Part shown: positions 45,566 to 64,000 of the stretch, piece after piece | Layout of the letters: the number at the start of each line of letters is the position of its first letter | Numbering within the stretch: position 1 is the stretch's first letter | Origin: the human T2T-CHM13v2.0 reference genome, Homo sapiens | Direction: 5' to 3' (one strand) | DNA length: 64,000 nucleotides | NCBI RefSeq assembly: GCF_009914755.1 | Contig: NC_060937.1 | Translations under genes and position numbers: made by a program | Notes under the pieces: generated by a model | Database searches by the model: none | Seen by the model: the letters and a program-made list of their open reading frames with translations, nothing else | What the model was told of the DNA's origin: nothing

Positions 45566-45817
45566 TTAAGAGAGAGAAATCTGAATTTTGGTTTAAAAGA
45601 TTGCCTAATATTATCCCCAAAACAATCAAAAACAATCTTCAAAAAGAAGAACAAAGCTGGAGGACTCATATTTCTTGATTTATCTTTTTCCAAAATTACA
45701 GTAATCAAGACAGGGTAGTGCTGGCATAAAGACAAGCATGCAGAACAATGGAATGAAATAGAGCCCAGAAATAAACCCTCCTCTATACGATCAAATGATT
45801 TTCAGTAAAGGTGCCAA
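45566..45817 (+). repeat. Diverged duplicate of 44686-44928 (L1 5' junction plus flank)
   Basis: Contains flank, a third TSD copy (45596-45613) and the L1 start. Confidence 0.9.
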
Positions 45818-47444
45818 AACTAACTCCTACAACATAATAACAAAAAAAATACATAACAACATAATAATGTAATAACAAAAAACCCCACACAAACTATTTA
45901 AAAGTGGGCAAAGGACTTGAATAGACATTACTCCAAAAAAGATATACAAATGGCCAGCAAATAAGCATATGAAAATAAAATGCTGAACATCACTAAGCAT
46001 TAGGAAAATGCAAATCAAAACCACAATGAGATATCACCTCATACCCATTAGGATGGCTACTACCAAAACACAAGAAAATACCAAGTGTTGACAAGGATGT
46101 GGAGAAATTAGAAAACTTGTGCACTGTTGGGAAAGGAAAATGGTGCAGCTGCCTTGGAAAACAGAATGACAGGTCCTCAAAAAATTACAAATAGTGTTAC
46201 CATATCATCGAAACAATTCACTTCTGGATATGTATCTATTGAAAGCAGGGTTTCAAAGAGATATTTGTACATCCGTGTTCATGGCAGCATTATTCACAAT
46301 AGCCAAAATGTGGAAGCAACACAAGTATTCATCAAACCGATGAACTGATAAACAAAATGTGATATGTACGTACAATGGAATATCATTCAGCTTTAAAGGA
46401 AGGAAATTCTGACATATGCTATAACATGGATGACTCTTGATGACATTATGCTAAGTGAAATAAGTCAGCCATGAAAAGACAATTACTGTATTATTTTACT
46501 TATATAAGGTAGGTGCCAAAGTGTAGCCCAATTCATGGAAGCAGAAACTTGAATTGTGGTTGCCAGAGGCTGTGGGGAGGGAGAAGCAGGAAGGTGTTGT
46601 TTATTGGATATCCACATAGAGTTTCAGTTTTGTGACATTAAAAAGTTCTTGAGTTTGATTGCATAAAAATTTAAATACGAGCAACACTACTGAACTATAT
46701 GCTTAAAAATGATTAAGATGGCAAATTTTATGATATATGTATCTTGCCACAAGTAAATGAAAGATCGCCTAATATTAATGCCCTGAGGCAAAAGGTATCC
46801 TTCCTTCTCCTAGGAGTAGGCCCACGTTGCTCTCTTTCTGTGTAAATAGCATGCCAAGTGACCTGAACACTGAACCAGGTGTTTGCATTAGGCTTGCAGA
46901 GTCATTCATTTCTGTGTGCTGGGCTCACCCTCCCACTGGACTGGAACATCCCTTACCAGAAGCTGCTTTGCCTCCTCAATCCCCTGGCAGCCTGGCCACA
47001 GTCTGCTCTCCATGAATATTTGTCACCTGCACAAAGTTAGGTGCGATGCCCACAGGGAGCCTCTTCCTCAGATGTGAAGGGCAGTGAGATTCAAGTATAC
47101 AGGGCCTGACAGCCTCGGGGATCAAGGGCCATAAAAGACACAGGTGAAGAACTAGCTCTACAGACTTTGAGAACATCACCCCAGAGGTGTTAGTGGGGGC
47201 TTAAAGACAGTGGCACCATGTCAGCCTGGGCTTGGGAAGGTTCTGATTGAGTAGATCTACGCAGTACTATCAAAAGCACTAGAGGGTGACTGGCAGAAGC
47301 ATATATTAGAACAATTTCCATTTGGTATCCTTCCAAACATGTAGTAGGACATTACTGGCTTTAAGGTGTAACCAAAGGATTTACAACATTTTGGTGCATC
47401 CAGTTCACTCTAGTTTGGGGTACACAGTCCCTAAGTGGATTGCC

Positions 47445-47840
47445 TTTCTTAGTCCATTTGTACTGCTATAACAGAATAGCACAGACTGGGTAATTTATAA
47501 AAACCAGAAATTTTTTTTCTTACTATTTGGGAGGTAGGGAAGTGTAAGATCAGTAGATTTGGTGTCTGATGAGGGCCTGGTCCCTGCTTCTAAGGTGGTG
47601 TCTTGAAGATTTCACCCTCTGGAGAGGAGAAATGCTGTGTCTTCAGATGGCAGCAGAGCAGAAGACAGGTCAAACTCAATCCCCTAAGCCCTTTTTATAG
47701 CAGCATTAATCCACTCATGAGGGCACCACCCTTGTGACCTAAACACCTCCCATTAAGTCCCACCTCCCAATATTCTTGCATTTGGGGATTAAGATTCCAA
47801 CAAATGAATTTTGGGAGGGAATACATTCAAACCATAGCAG
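47445..47840 (-). mobile_element. MST/MLT1A-type MaLR solo LTR
   Basis: ttagtccatttgtactgctataacag..acattcaaaccatagca. Confidence 0.88.
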
Positions 47841-48094
47841 TGATCAACTGTCAATTATCAAGATGACCCAAATATTTGCATATTTGGCATCAATTGAATT
47901 GCTTTCTCTACACCCATCCCCAAACTCTTAGCTTTTTATCATCGTATTTTAGCATAGCCTTACTGTTCTAAACAGTTTGCAAACATTGGGTTGAGGGATT
48001 CATAGGGAGGAGAAGGACGGAGGTAAGAAGAGGGGGAAAGGGACCAAGAAGGATAGGAAGAGGAGTGGAAAATATATTGTTTGAGCCCCTAAAC

Positions 48095-48590
48095 CAGTGG
48101 TTCTCAAACTTGAATGTGCATCAGAATCACATGGAGGTTTGTTAACATGGAAGCCAGGTGCACCTGAGTTTCTAATTCAGGTCTGGGTTGGGGCCCAAGA
48201 ATTGGCATTTCTAACTCATTCCCAGGAGATGCCAGTGCTGATGGTCGAAGCCCACACATTTGAGGGTCACTGCTCTAAACAAAAGTAGTGATCTTAATCA
48301 TGACTGAGCAGCAGACTCACCCGAGGAGCTTTGAAAAATCCTACTGCCCTGGCCATACTCCAGGCCAATTACAAAGAATCTCTGAAGGCAGAACCCAGGC
48401 AATAGTATTTTTCAGAGTCCCAAGTGTTTCCAATGGGGCAGCCAAGCTTGAGAATCACAGCTGTAGGCCCTTCCTTCTGAATTTTGCAGGGCAGACCAGC
48501 AGCAACAGCATTGCTTGGGAGCATCTTAGAATGCAGAATCTCAGGCCCCAGCCCAAGCTGCTGAGTCAGCACCTGCATCTAAACGAGCAA
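48095..48590. mobile_element. Cluster of MER5 MITEs
   Basis: cagtggttctcaaact..catcagaatcac and ttagaatgcagaatctcaggcccca. Confidence 0.8.
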
Positions 48591-48874
48591 ACATCTCAAG
48601 CCTCCATGTGCATTGGGAGCTCTGCAGAGAAATCAAGCAGTGAGAAGCAAGTCCAGCAGAGAGAGATTTTGAGATGCTCACTACAGGATAAGAACCAAAT
48701 ATCTGCAGAAACTGGAAACTTGCTGCTGGTACTGACTCACTGGAGAGTGTGTGAAAGGAACAGATACTCAGACCAGGCAATAGAATATGCTCGTGACTGA
48801 ATCCACATATCAACGTTGATTCTTAATGTGTCCAAACATGGTTTCTTGCAATGAGCCTTTCACTTAATAAATCA

Positions 48875-49470
<596 letters not shown>

Positions 49471-49854
49471 TCATAATAAAATCATATTGAGAAGAAATGC
49501 ATTTTAAATCTTCATATGGATGAATTCCTTAGAGTATTAAAACAGTCAATTTTACATTGAATGTGCTTAAAATACCAATAGCTACAATCGTTATACCTTG
49601 TAGCACCAAGAATAGCAGCTGCCTTCGTGCAGGGAAGGCCGCCGGAGCAATTTCATCTGTGTGGCCCTTCATTTGGCCTCCCTGGCTCATGGCATCGCCA
49701 TTCTTCAGATGCTGTTTGGTTAACTTTAAGGGTGATCTGAAAGTGCCAGATATGAGGTTCTGATCTTACCAAAAACAAAAACATCAGCAAACAACGACAA
49801 CAACAACACAAAGCCAGAAGCAGCTCACATGGTGGAAAGCTACCAAAAGAGGCA

Positions 49855-50095
49855 AAGGGTATAGCAAAGCTTAGTGATTAGGCACAGGGGCTCTAGAGCC
49901 CAGCCTTGTGGGTTCAAACTGAGGCTGTGCCACTTACTAGCTGTGTGTCCTTAGCAAGTGACTTAATCTCTCTGTACTTCATTTTCTTCATTTCTAAAGT
50001 GAGGATGACAATGATAGTCCCTCCCTCGCAGGGGTTTTGAGAGGATAAAATGAGTTATTATGTGTCAAGCTTTTAATTCTGGCCAACTATAGTTG
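49855..50095 (+). mobile_element. MIR
   Basis: ccacttactagctgtgtgtccttagcaagtgacttaatctctctg. Confidence 0.9.
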
Positions 50096-50149
50096 CTATA
50101 TGATAATTACTAAGTGTACAGGTTAAGAGACATAAGGATTTATATTGTT

Positions 50150-50265
50150 TTTTACATTTTTATTTGTTTTTATTTCTTAGAGACAGGGGTCTTGCTCTGT
50201 TGTCCAGGCTGGTCTTGACCATCTGGCCTCAAGCGATCCTCCCACTTCAGCTTACGAGTAGCTGA
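50150..50265 (-). mobile_element. Alu monomer fragment
   Basis: gagacaggggtcttgctctg..ctcaagcgatcctcccac. Confidence 0.8.
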
Positions 50266-51049
50266 GGATTTATATTCTTTTGCATAGCTCAACCCCAGGA
50301 AAAACCTGAAAGATAGTATCTCAAGCTCTGATGCTGTGGTTGAGTCAATTTGGTGAATAAATTTCTCTAAAGAGGATGGGACATAACTCTCAGTTGTGTA
50401 GCTGAGTAACAGGAAGTAAGACGTGATTTGGAACAATGATAAAAAGGACATAAATTAATGAAGAGGACTATTTTTAAAAAAGGAAAAAAAACCACTAACA
50501 GTCAACAAGTCCATAATAACCCTAATAGTTAACAATAATCAATAAGGAGTTTAGAAAAGCCCCAGTCCTAAAGAAAAGGATCGGATACATTAAATTCAGA
50601 AAAAATAGGCTTTTGTCGACTATTTACACACAACAGAATTCATATTAGAATATTATTTTTTAAATGCTCTCAACAGGCAAAATGAAAAATAAAACTTCCC
50701 CCACCCCCTCTTTGGCAAATGGAAGGAAATGTCCTCAGCAGACTTATTCAGAGGGTGTCCCTGGTCTCAAGGTTCTGTCTCTTGGGGCATGTGGGTCCAC
50801 TAGCCACACAATCCAAACATACTAGAAACATACACAGGAAAATATAACCCAGGCTGTTTTCTCCAAACCTAGAGCTTCCATGAAACCACTGTGAGCCATA
50901 CACAAGGATCACATCACTTCCCCAAATCACACATTTCAAATTATAAAAACAGCCTAGAGAGAAGTTTCTCCCTCCTGATTTGAAAGAGAGTCACCTCTGG
51001 TCAATCCTTATCCACTTCTTTTGTTGGTTCCTTCTTTTCTTGGCTATCT

Positions 51050-52375
<1,326 letters not shown>

Positions 52376-52933
52376 ATTGACTTGGCTCCTGGCGTTAGTA
52401 TTCAGCAATCCTATGGGGGGCAGGGAGTCCCGACAATCCTGCTGTGTCATAAGAAGGGTGTATTGCATTTAAAAGACTGAACAAGCATCCTCTTCCAGTA
52501 AGGAGCACTGGGCTTTGTACCTCTGCAAGCCCACGCCTTGTCCCTGCTGGCTTCTCCCTCCTGGCCCCAATGCCCACTTGCCTTGTCAAGTACCTGGCCA
52601 CGCCAATGGTAGTCCTGGGTAAGCTCTGCCTCATATCAGTCTGCTTGGGCTCTGGCACCTTCTGCCACCCAATCCAACCCAAATTTATATAATTCAACAA
52701 TACCAGCTGACCTTGTATGCTGTGGTCAGTCACTGGTCTAGCGCCAGGCTTCAGTAGGTAGAGGCATGTGTTTAGATCTGGTATCTTTAATTTTAGATAT
52801 GGTGTAATGTACATCCCCATCACTGCCTTGGAACCAAAAGGAAAGGACAGTGATACCAAACATAATGACACCTTATAGCCTAGCTCCTTGAGGGCCATTT
52901 CACAGCCCTCCTATCTTTAGAATTGTAAAATGC

Positions 52934-53240
52934 CGGCCGGGCACAGTGGCTCATGCCTGTAATACCAGCACTTTGGGAGGCCGAGGCAGGTGGATCACAA
53001 GGTCAGGAGTTCAAGACCAGCCTGGCCAACAAGGTGAAACCCCATCTCTACTAAAACAATACAAAAATTAGCCGGGCTTGGTGGCATGTGCCTGTAATCC
53101 CAGCTACTCGGGAGGTTGAAGCTGGAGAATTGCTTTAACCCGGGAGGCGGAGGTTACAGTGAGCCAAGATTGTGCCACTGCATTCCAGCCTGGGTGACAG
53201 AGCAAGACTCAGTCTCAAAAAAAAGATTAAAAAAATTATA
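52934..53240 (+). mobile_element. AluS
   Basis: Dimer; TSD aatt(g/a)taaaatgcc. Confidence 0.95.
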
Positions 53241-53719
53241 AAATGCCTATCCCTCAAAGTTGTAAGATTTGGTCGAGAAAGCTACAGATTCATTTCAGAA
53301 TGAGTAGTCAGGGTGAGCCCCCACAGATTACTGAGAAAGCCATCAATCCCTGTCATCTCAGAACTGCTGATCATCATCTCATCTTTCTCTTTGCTCCAAT
53401 TAACTCTTACTCTTTGGTTAAAACAACTAAGTTACGGGGGAATTAAAGGAAATTCTGTATTGACAAATACATGGGGCTGAACGGTGAATATATGCTAAGT
53501 AAGAAAACATATGTCTATTGGAAATTTAAGACTCTTTCCAGATGTTTACATAATTTACTTTTTCTTTCACTATACATGTAATGATTTAAAATGTTTTTTC
53601 CATGAAAGAATAAATTATGTTTAAATAGTAAAATGCCTATTGGCCTTGGGTTCTTCCAGGGAAGGCTACCAGTTCCCTTGGAGGTAAAAGCTAAGAAGTA
53701 ACTAGAGGAGCAACATTGC

Positions 53720-54390
53720 TTCTGAGAACCCACACTGTGCCAGCCACTGTCATAGACATATGTCAGCTTGTTAGATCTTCAGAAGCACCATGAATGTTAG
53801 ATGTTATACCTGTTTTACAGATATGGAAATGATGGTTTAGAGGGTGAAATAACTCGTCCAAGGTCACACAGCTAGTAAGTGGTGGAGTCAGGTTTTAAAT
53901 CTAGGCAAGGCTATACTAAGTACCTGGATCATACCACACTTCTCCCCACTTGAGTCATGGGCTACTGCAGTTGGGGAAATGACTCAGACTTAGAGATAGT
54001 GCACATGTACATTCTCTGGAATAGTTCCTGGTATTGAGTAGAGGCTCATTGCATGTTAGTTTCTCACATCCTTTTCTCTAGGATGATTTCTGACAGCACA
54101 TGAAGTCATGAAGGGGACACACATGAAGTGTGGCCTTAGATTAAAAGTGTGCAGTGTAATCATAATAATACCAAATAGTCCCTACTATTTGCCAGGTGCT
54201 GTACTATGTCATTTATGTGTATTAATTCATTTCATCATTTCAACAATCCCATGAAATACGTTCTACTTTTGTCACGCCGTTTAACACTTGCCAAGGTTTC
54301 ACATTAGAGCTGGTAAATGAGAGAAATGGGACGTGAACTCAGGCAGTCTGTCTCGAGTCCAAGCCTTTAACCACTATGCGATACTGCCCA
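53720..54390 (-). mobile_element. Two MIR elements (about 53720-53930 and 54165-54390)
   Basis: ccaaggtcacacagctagtaagtgg and ctatttgccaggtgctgtacta. Confidence 0.8.
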
Positions 54391-54421
54391 CTAAATTATT
54401 AGCCTGCTGTAGTCTAGATAC

Positions 54422-54452
54422 TGTGTACATATATATGTGTGTGTGTGTGTGC

Positions 54453-54486
<34 letters not shown>
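54422..54486. repeat. (TG)n/(TA)n compound microsatellite
   Basis: Directly visible. Confidence 0.95.
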
Positions 54487-55609
54487 ACTCCACCCTTGAG
54501 AATTGCGTTGATATGATTCTCTGGGTCCATCTTACAATGCCATATTATGATTCCACAATATGAGATTGTCCATTATCCTATTACAATGGCTTAATCAGAC
54601 ACATGCTATGAGCCAAGTGGTGGAGATGCCTTCAAAACACCCAAAGGAGTTGGCCAAAGCCGAAGAGGTTGACTTACAGCCCCACCACTCTTCAGCTCCA
54701 GGCACTGCACTGGAAACATGCACAATAAGGGAAAATTGACATTGCAATTTGAGTTGCAGATTGTACTGATGGTGTGGTTTGAATAAATACCATGCCCTTT
54801 GAAAGTCTTATATTATTACGCTAGACACATGAGGGTTTTCCTATTCCTATTGCAGGCAATAGGCAAAAATCTATCTTCATAGCTGAAATCTGTTTTGGAA
54901 TTCATTGCTGCCTTTCTGGAAAGACACTGTTTAATTCTGTCTCCTGGGTGTGTGACCCTATGGTCTCTACCTTCTTTGTAGATCTGTGTATAAAGCTCTT
55001 TGTAATGAGGCCACTTTTTGTGCAACAACAACAAAATGTTTCTGAGAAGGATGTTAGAGCCAGACTTTCTTTAAGTAGTGGTGTCTGGTGTTGTTTACTT
55101 TTAAAATAGTTTCTAGTGCAAGGGAGAATTGTGTCCTAGAAGAACTGTCCCAAGGAGCTCATGAACAGGAATAATGGTTTGTACCACTACTTTCTGGAAA
55201 GCAAACGGGGATTTTGATGTGAACCCAGAAAGGGGTCGGACCACATTGACATATATTTTCTGGTTTCTAATCTTACCTCCACTGCCATTATGCACTGCAT
55301 TACACAACCCTCTACCCTAAGGCCCAGCCACCCTACAGCCTTTTATCAACTCACAGAATGGTCTCAGCACAGCATGAATCTAGATGAGGGCTTAGGGACC
55401 CGTGGGTGGCCAGACCTCAGGCTCTGGGCATCAACAGGCAGACCTCCAGTTCTGCCCTGAAATAGAATTATGATATCATTGTGAGCCAATCAAATTGCCT
55501 GTCTGAGTTCAGTCCTGGATGCTCTGGGGTGGTAATTTCCAGATGATTTGATCTATGGTATTTTCTAGTAGTCTAATTTGATAATGTCATTTAACTGAAA
55601 AATATGTCT

Positions 55610-55612
<3 letters not shown>

Positions 55613-55657
<45 letters not shown>
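55613..55657. repeat. (ATT)n microsatellite, about 15 units
   Basis: Directly visible. Confidence 0.97.
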
Positions 55658-55749
55658 TGCCAGTGTAGAAGGAAGTTAAGAAAGGGGGATTAACTTTAAT
55701 TTTTTTCAGTTTAATGGAACATATACTAAGAAAAAAATGTCTCAGTAAG

Positions 55750-56510
55750 TGATGCTCACCATCCACTCAATTGTCCAATCCAAAATTTTAACCGGGAGTT
55801 GTTTATGTGTCCTCTCTTTCACTCGCCGCTGATGTCCAATCGATCAGTAAGTCTTGTCCTGTCAATTTCTGAATTTGGCTATTTTCGTCATAACCACTGT
55901 TAAGATTCTCATTCAAGGCATATCAACCGTCCCTTGTCTGGACCAATGCAACAGCCCCAACACTGATGTCCTGCTCCCCGTCTTGCCTCTCTGTCTCCAC
56001 ACAGAGGCCAGAGAGGTCTTTGTAAAGAACAAGTCATATTATATCACTTGCCTGCTTCAGGCTCTTCAGTGCTTTCCCTTCCCAACCAGATGAAAATTCT
56101 GATTCCTTACAATGGATGGCCTGAAAGATATCGCATAGTGCCTGATCCCTGCTTCTCTCATTGACCCCCTCTCTCTCCACTCACAACTGCATTCACAATA
56201 TTCAGGCACATTAACCTTGTCCTTGCTTCAAAGCTTTTGCATTGATGGTCACTCTGCCTGGAATGCTCTTCTTCTAGATCTTTGCACAGCTGCCTCTTCC
56301 TTATCACTCAGGTCTAACTCAAATGGCACCTCCTCAAGGAGGAAAAATGCATATCATGCCAACTTGCACACTTGTAGAATTCCTGCTCCTGTGCTCCAAG
56401 TATAAATGCCATGAGGGTCGGGACAGTGCCAGTGCTGTTCCTTCCTTTATCTGCAGTGCATAGCACCATGTCTTGTTCAAAAGAGGTATTTAATAAATGA
56501 ATGAATTAAT
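55750..56510 (+). mobile_element. L2 fragments
   Basis: ctccacacagaggccagagaggtcttt, ctctgcctggaatgctcttc and an aataaatgaatgaa end. Confidence 0.8.
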
Positions 56511-56936
56511 TCATGGATCCCAGCTAATTTGGTTGTTTACTGCTGGGGAAGTTCTCTAGCATGATATGTAACAGGCACTTATAAACTGCATTGCACTGCA
56601 GTCCTATGATGATAATAAAAAGCACACTGATCTTTAGTTGGTTTTGTTACAGTTTTAAAAATTTCTACAGAAAATGCACCTTCTTATTTCCTCCATGGCA
56701 TGGGCCATTCCCACTGCCTTGCCTTTGGTATGGTTCTGGGAAAAAATAATAGCCTTCCTCATAGCATTGAGGGTAGAAGACAGAGTCAGCTGACCCATGG
56801 AACATAAAATATTCACAAAAATATTCACATGAGAGGGAGTCACAAAGCAGTGTCACTAAAATGTACAGAAATAAATCACTCCTGGTACATAAGCAATTAA
56901 GGATAGAAATTTTGCAGAGCATTTTGGAAAAGCACC

Positions 56937-58250
56937 TGTATTAGACAGGATAGGTAGGATTGTGCTGCAGTAACAAATGACACAAAAATCTCAGTGGATG
57001 AGCACAGGTTTCTTTTGTTTGTTGTTTTTCACACCATGGTACCTGTTCATTGTGGAAGGCTAAGAGACTTCCCATTCATTGTAGTGACTCTGGGACAGAG
57101 GCTTTATCTGAACATGGGGTTCATGTTTGTTGAAGTGGGAAAAGGGAACATGGTAAAGTATGTACTAGCTCTTAAAGATTCTGCTTAGAAATGACACCTT
57201 TCATCTACAAAGAATTCAAACAAATTTCCAAGAAGAAAACAAATAATCCCATCAACAAGTGGGCAAAGGATATGAACAGACATTTCTCAAAAGAAGACAT
57301 TTATGCAGACAAAAGACACGTGAAAAAATGCTCATCATCACTGGCCATCAGAGAAATGCAAATCAAAACCACAATGAGATACCATCTCACACCAGTTAGA
57401 ATGGCGGTCATTAAAAAGTCAGGAAACAACAGGTGCTGGAGAGGATGTGGAGAAATAGGAACACTTTTACACTGTTGGTGGGACTGTAAACTAATTCAAC
57501 CATTGTGGAAGTCAGTGTGGCGATTCCTCAGGGGTCTAGAACTGGAAATACCATTTGACCCAGCCATCCCATTACTGGGTATATAGCTAAAGGATTATAA
57601 ATCATGCTGCTATAAAGACACATGCACACGTATGTTTACTGTGGCACTATTCACAATAGCAAAGACATGGAGCCAACCCAAATGTCCAACAATGATAGAC
57701 TGGATTAAGAAAATGTGGCACATATACACCATGGAATACTATGCAGCCATAAAAAATGATGAGTTCATGTCCTTTGTAGGGACATGGATGAAGCTGGAAA
57801 CCATCATTCTCAGCAAACTATCTCAAGGACAAAAATCCAAACACCACATGTTCTCACTCATAGGTGGGAATTGAACAATGAGAACACGTGGACACAGGAA
57901 GGGGAACATCACACACTGGGGCCTGTTGTGGGGTGGGGGGAGGGGGGAGGGATAGCATTAGGAGATATACCTAATGTAAATGACGAGTTAATGGGTGCAG
58001 CACACCAACATGGCACATGTATACATATGTAACTAACCTGCACATTGTGCACATGTACCCTAAAACTTAAAGTATAATAAAAAAAAGAAAAGAAAAGAAA
58101 TGACACCTTTCACTTTTACTCATACTTTAATGATCAAAGGAAATTGCATGATCACCCATAACTTCAAGGGATCAGGAATATATAATCAATACCATGCAAC
58201 TGGAAGGAGACCTGGAACTATCTGGGGAACTGCTCTAATAATGATCTCAC
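56937..58250 (-). mobile_element. MLT1-type LTR split by the L1PA insertion at 57204
   Basis: tgtattagacaggatagg..tgctgcagtaacaaa; continues after 58112. Confidence 0.7.
57204..58095 (+). mobile_element. 5'-truncated younger L1PA (PA3-5-like), ~0.9 kb
   Basis: ORF2 C-terminus ([18 protein letters not shown]), 3' UTR and tail. Exact TSD agaaatgacacctttca (57187-57203 / 58096-58112). Confidence 0.97.
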
Positions 58251-59534
58251 TATCCTGGCAATCCAACTGATTAAAAAAGCTGTACTTAGGGAACTTTGAG
58301 CAGCTGCAAATCTACAAATGTATACAGTGGATGCATACACTGGTATGGGTCATACAGATATGGCCCAACAGCATGTGAAATATGGAACCATAGAAGAACT
58401 ATCAATTGGGCATTAAGAGAAGAAAAATATGGATTGAATCAGACCAGAAACAATCCTTGTTACCAGCCCATATCAACCAGGATTTTAGGGGAGAATTAAT
58501 CCCTGATGTTATGTGCATCTACAATGGTACTCTCCTATGTATCCTTAGGAGAATTGAAAAAAAATAGTTTTCAGTAATTTTCTCTAACAGCTTAATTCTC
58601 ACATGGAACCCTGGTTGGAGAAAGGCTGTTTGTCATACCTTTGTAGGTGTTTCCACCAAATCCCTAAGTAGGAGGGTGTGGTAATTTACCAGTGAAAATG
58701 ATTTGAAATTACTTTTGTATAACAAGGCTAAAGTTATCTAGAATGAGCTATACATAATTTTGTCCCCATCGTGTGGATTCCATTATCTTCCATTTTTATG
58801 CAACTTTTTATATGCTATCAATTGCTATAACCTATCAGTCTTTCTTTCTAAATTTCACTCTTCTATCAAATCCTTTCTGTTTCTACCAACCTATCCAAGG
58901 TACCTCTATATCCTATCTTAGTTATAACAATAGCTTTCTAACTGGCTACCTCTCATGTGCTGTCGTAACCCTCCAAACCAACTCATACATTGAAGCCAGA
59001 GTGCTTTTCAAAATTATTTCATGACACACACACAGCCAAAGAATTTTCAGTGGCTTTCCATTGAAGATCAGGATCCTCAACCTCCTCTGTCAGAGCCCAG
59101 ACTGTCTGACTCCAAACTTCTCCAGCCTCATCTCGCACCACTCTGTCTCCTCCTCTCTGTTTGCCACGCACACTGCCACTGCCCTGCCTCTGCTGCCACC
59201 TTCTCCTCTTTTGATCAGAGTAATAATGTATACTAATACATGATTAAACAAAATCAAACAACACTGAAAAGCTTATAAATGTAAAGACAACAGACAAGAC
59301 CTCTATCTATCTACCATTCCTCCCCACCTAAGAAGCAACTTAACTTTTAGCTACTTCATATGATACTTATGGTCATATTTATATAGAATATGCTTATACT
59401 GCTACTTCACATATCCATTTTTATACATTACTTATTTCCTGTTATTTGATGAGCATTTGACTATTCCTCTGCCATTCCCTTACCTCCTATCCTTCAAATA
59501 CTACTAATCACTACTTTATATTAAACTAAAACTT

Positions 59535-59721
<187 letters not shown>

Positions 59722-60069
59722 TTATGATTACATAAGTAAAATCCACTGCAGAACCAAGTATAGTATTATGATTGTCTTTCTTGTATAGATTTTTCTTAGG
59801 GGACTTAATTGCTTCATTATATTTCTTTCTGCTCATTTATTTTTTATTTTTCTAAAACTCCATCAATTGACTTTCAAGATTCTTGAAAGACTTTCTTCCT
59901 AGGACTCCCACCTTTCCATTCCAATCCTATCTGATAGTTCTTAAGGTCTGCTGCATAGGTGTCATCCTAGGTTTTTCCTTCACTTATCTCCTGGAGTAGG
60001 TTCACTTATAGCTTGCTATTTCTTTATTTACTTTGTTATTTTGCTGAATCATATTCTCAGGTAGTTCTT

Positions 60070-63617
<3,548 letters not shown>

Positions 63618-64000
63618 TCTCAGGTAGTTCTTATGTATATGAAAATGTTTTCATCTACCCATATACTTGCATGATAGTTTAGCTGGGTATAGAACTTTTG
63701 GTTACAAATAATTTTCCCTTAGAATTTTCAAGACATTGTGATGGAATCTAAATTTTTATCACAGGCTACTTATCAACTCAGTAATTTATTCTCTTTATGT
63801 TTTTGTCTTTCCAACCACAAACTTTCATGTAGACAAGAACAATGTGTTGGTGTGGAAGATGAGATACTCGTGAACTGTCCAGTTAGCAATTGGGCCAAAC
63901 TCCTTAGGTACATCTGGTCTTTCCTACATAAAGAGAACTCATGGAAGGGAACCACAGAGTCCTAAAAATTCTTTATGAAAACTCAACAGCAGAGATCAAG

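Larger units (their letters stand above)
44735..46759 (+). mobile_element. 5'-truncated L1MB-type element inserted in L2 sequence
   Basis: ORF2 C-terminal fragments and an L1MB-type 3' UTR. TSD aaagattgtctaatatta (44717-44734) / aaagatcgcctaatatta (46760-46777). Confidence 0.88.

Noticed and set aside
48288-48800. 170-aa ORF
   Set aside because: Overlaps MER5 MITEs; a chance open frame.
52395-52898. 167-aa minus-strand ORF
   Set aside because: No recognisable family or coding-like features.

Overview
Ape (hominoid) genomic DNA, judged from the Alu, L1PA, THE1 and SVA content. It is repeat-dense and intergenic or intronic. I recognise no protein-coding gene: all long ORFs are L1 ORF1/ORF2, THE1, Alu or SVA remnants. 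The main interest is structural history. (1) An old L1PA15/16-like element (909-7526, resuming at 20596-21445) is split by a ~13 kb block (7527-20579). The block has an apparent 16-bp target-site duplication (TSD) and ends in an L1 poly(A). Part of it (17532-~19920) is an inverted paralog of 61700-64000+, about 94% identical by eye in the unique-flank part. (2) There are three short locally templated insertions. (3) There is a tailless Y3 RNA retropseudogene, a probable ancient L1 3' transduction of MER58 sequence, a CpG-intact SVA_A-type insertion, and closely spaced inverted Alu pairs. Repeat subfamily names come from recalled consensus sequences, and coordinates of old elements are approximate. 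I see no evidence of a new enzymatic or gene system.
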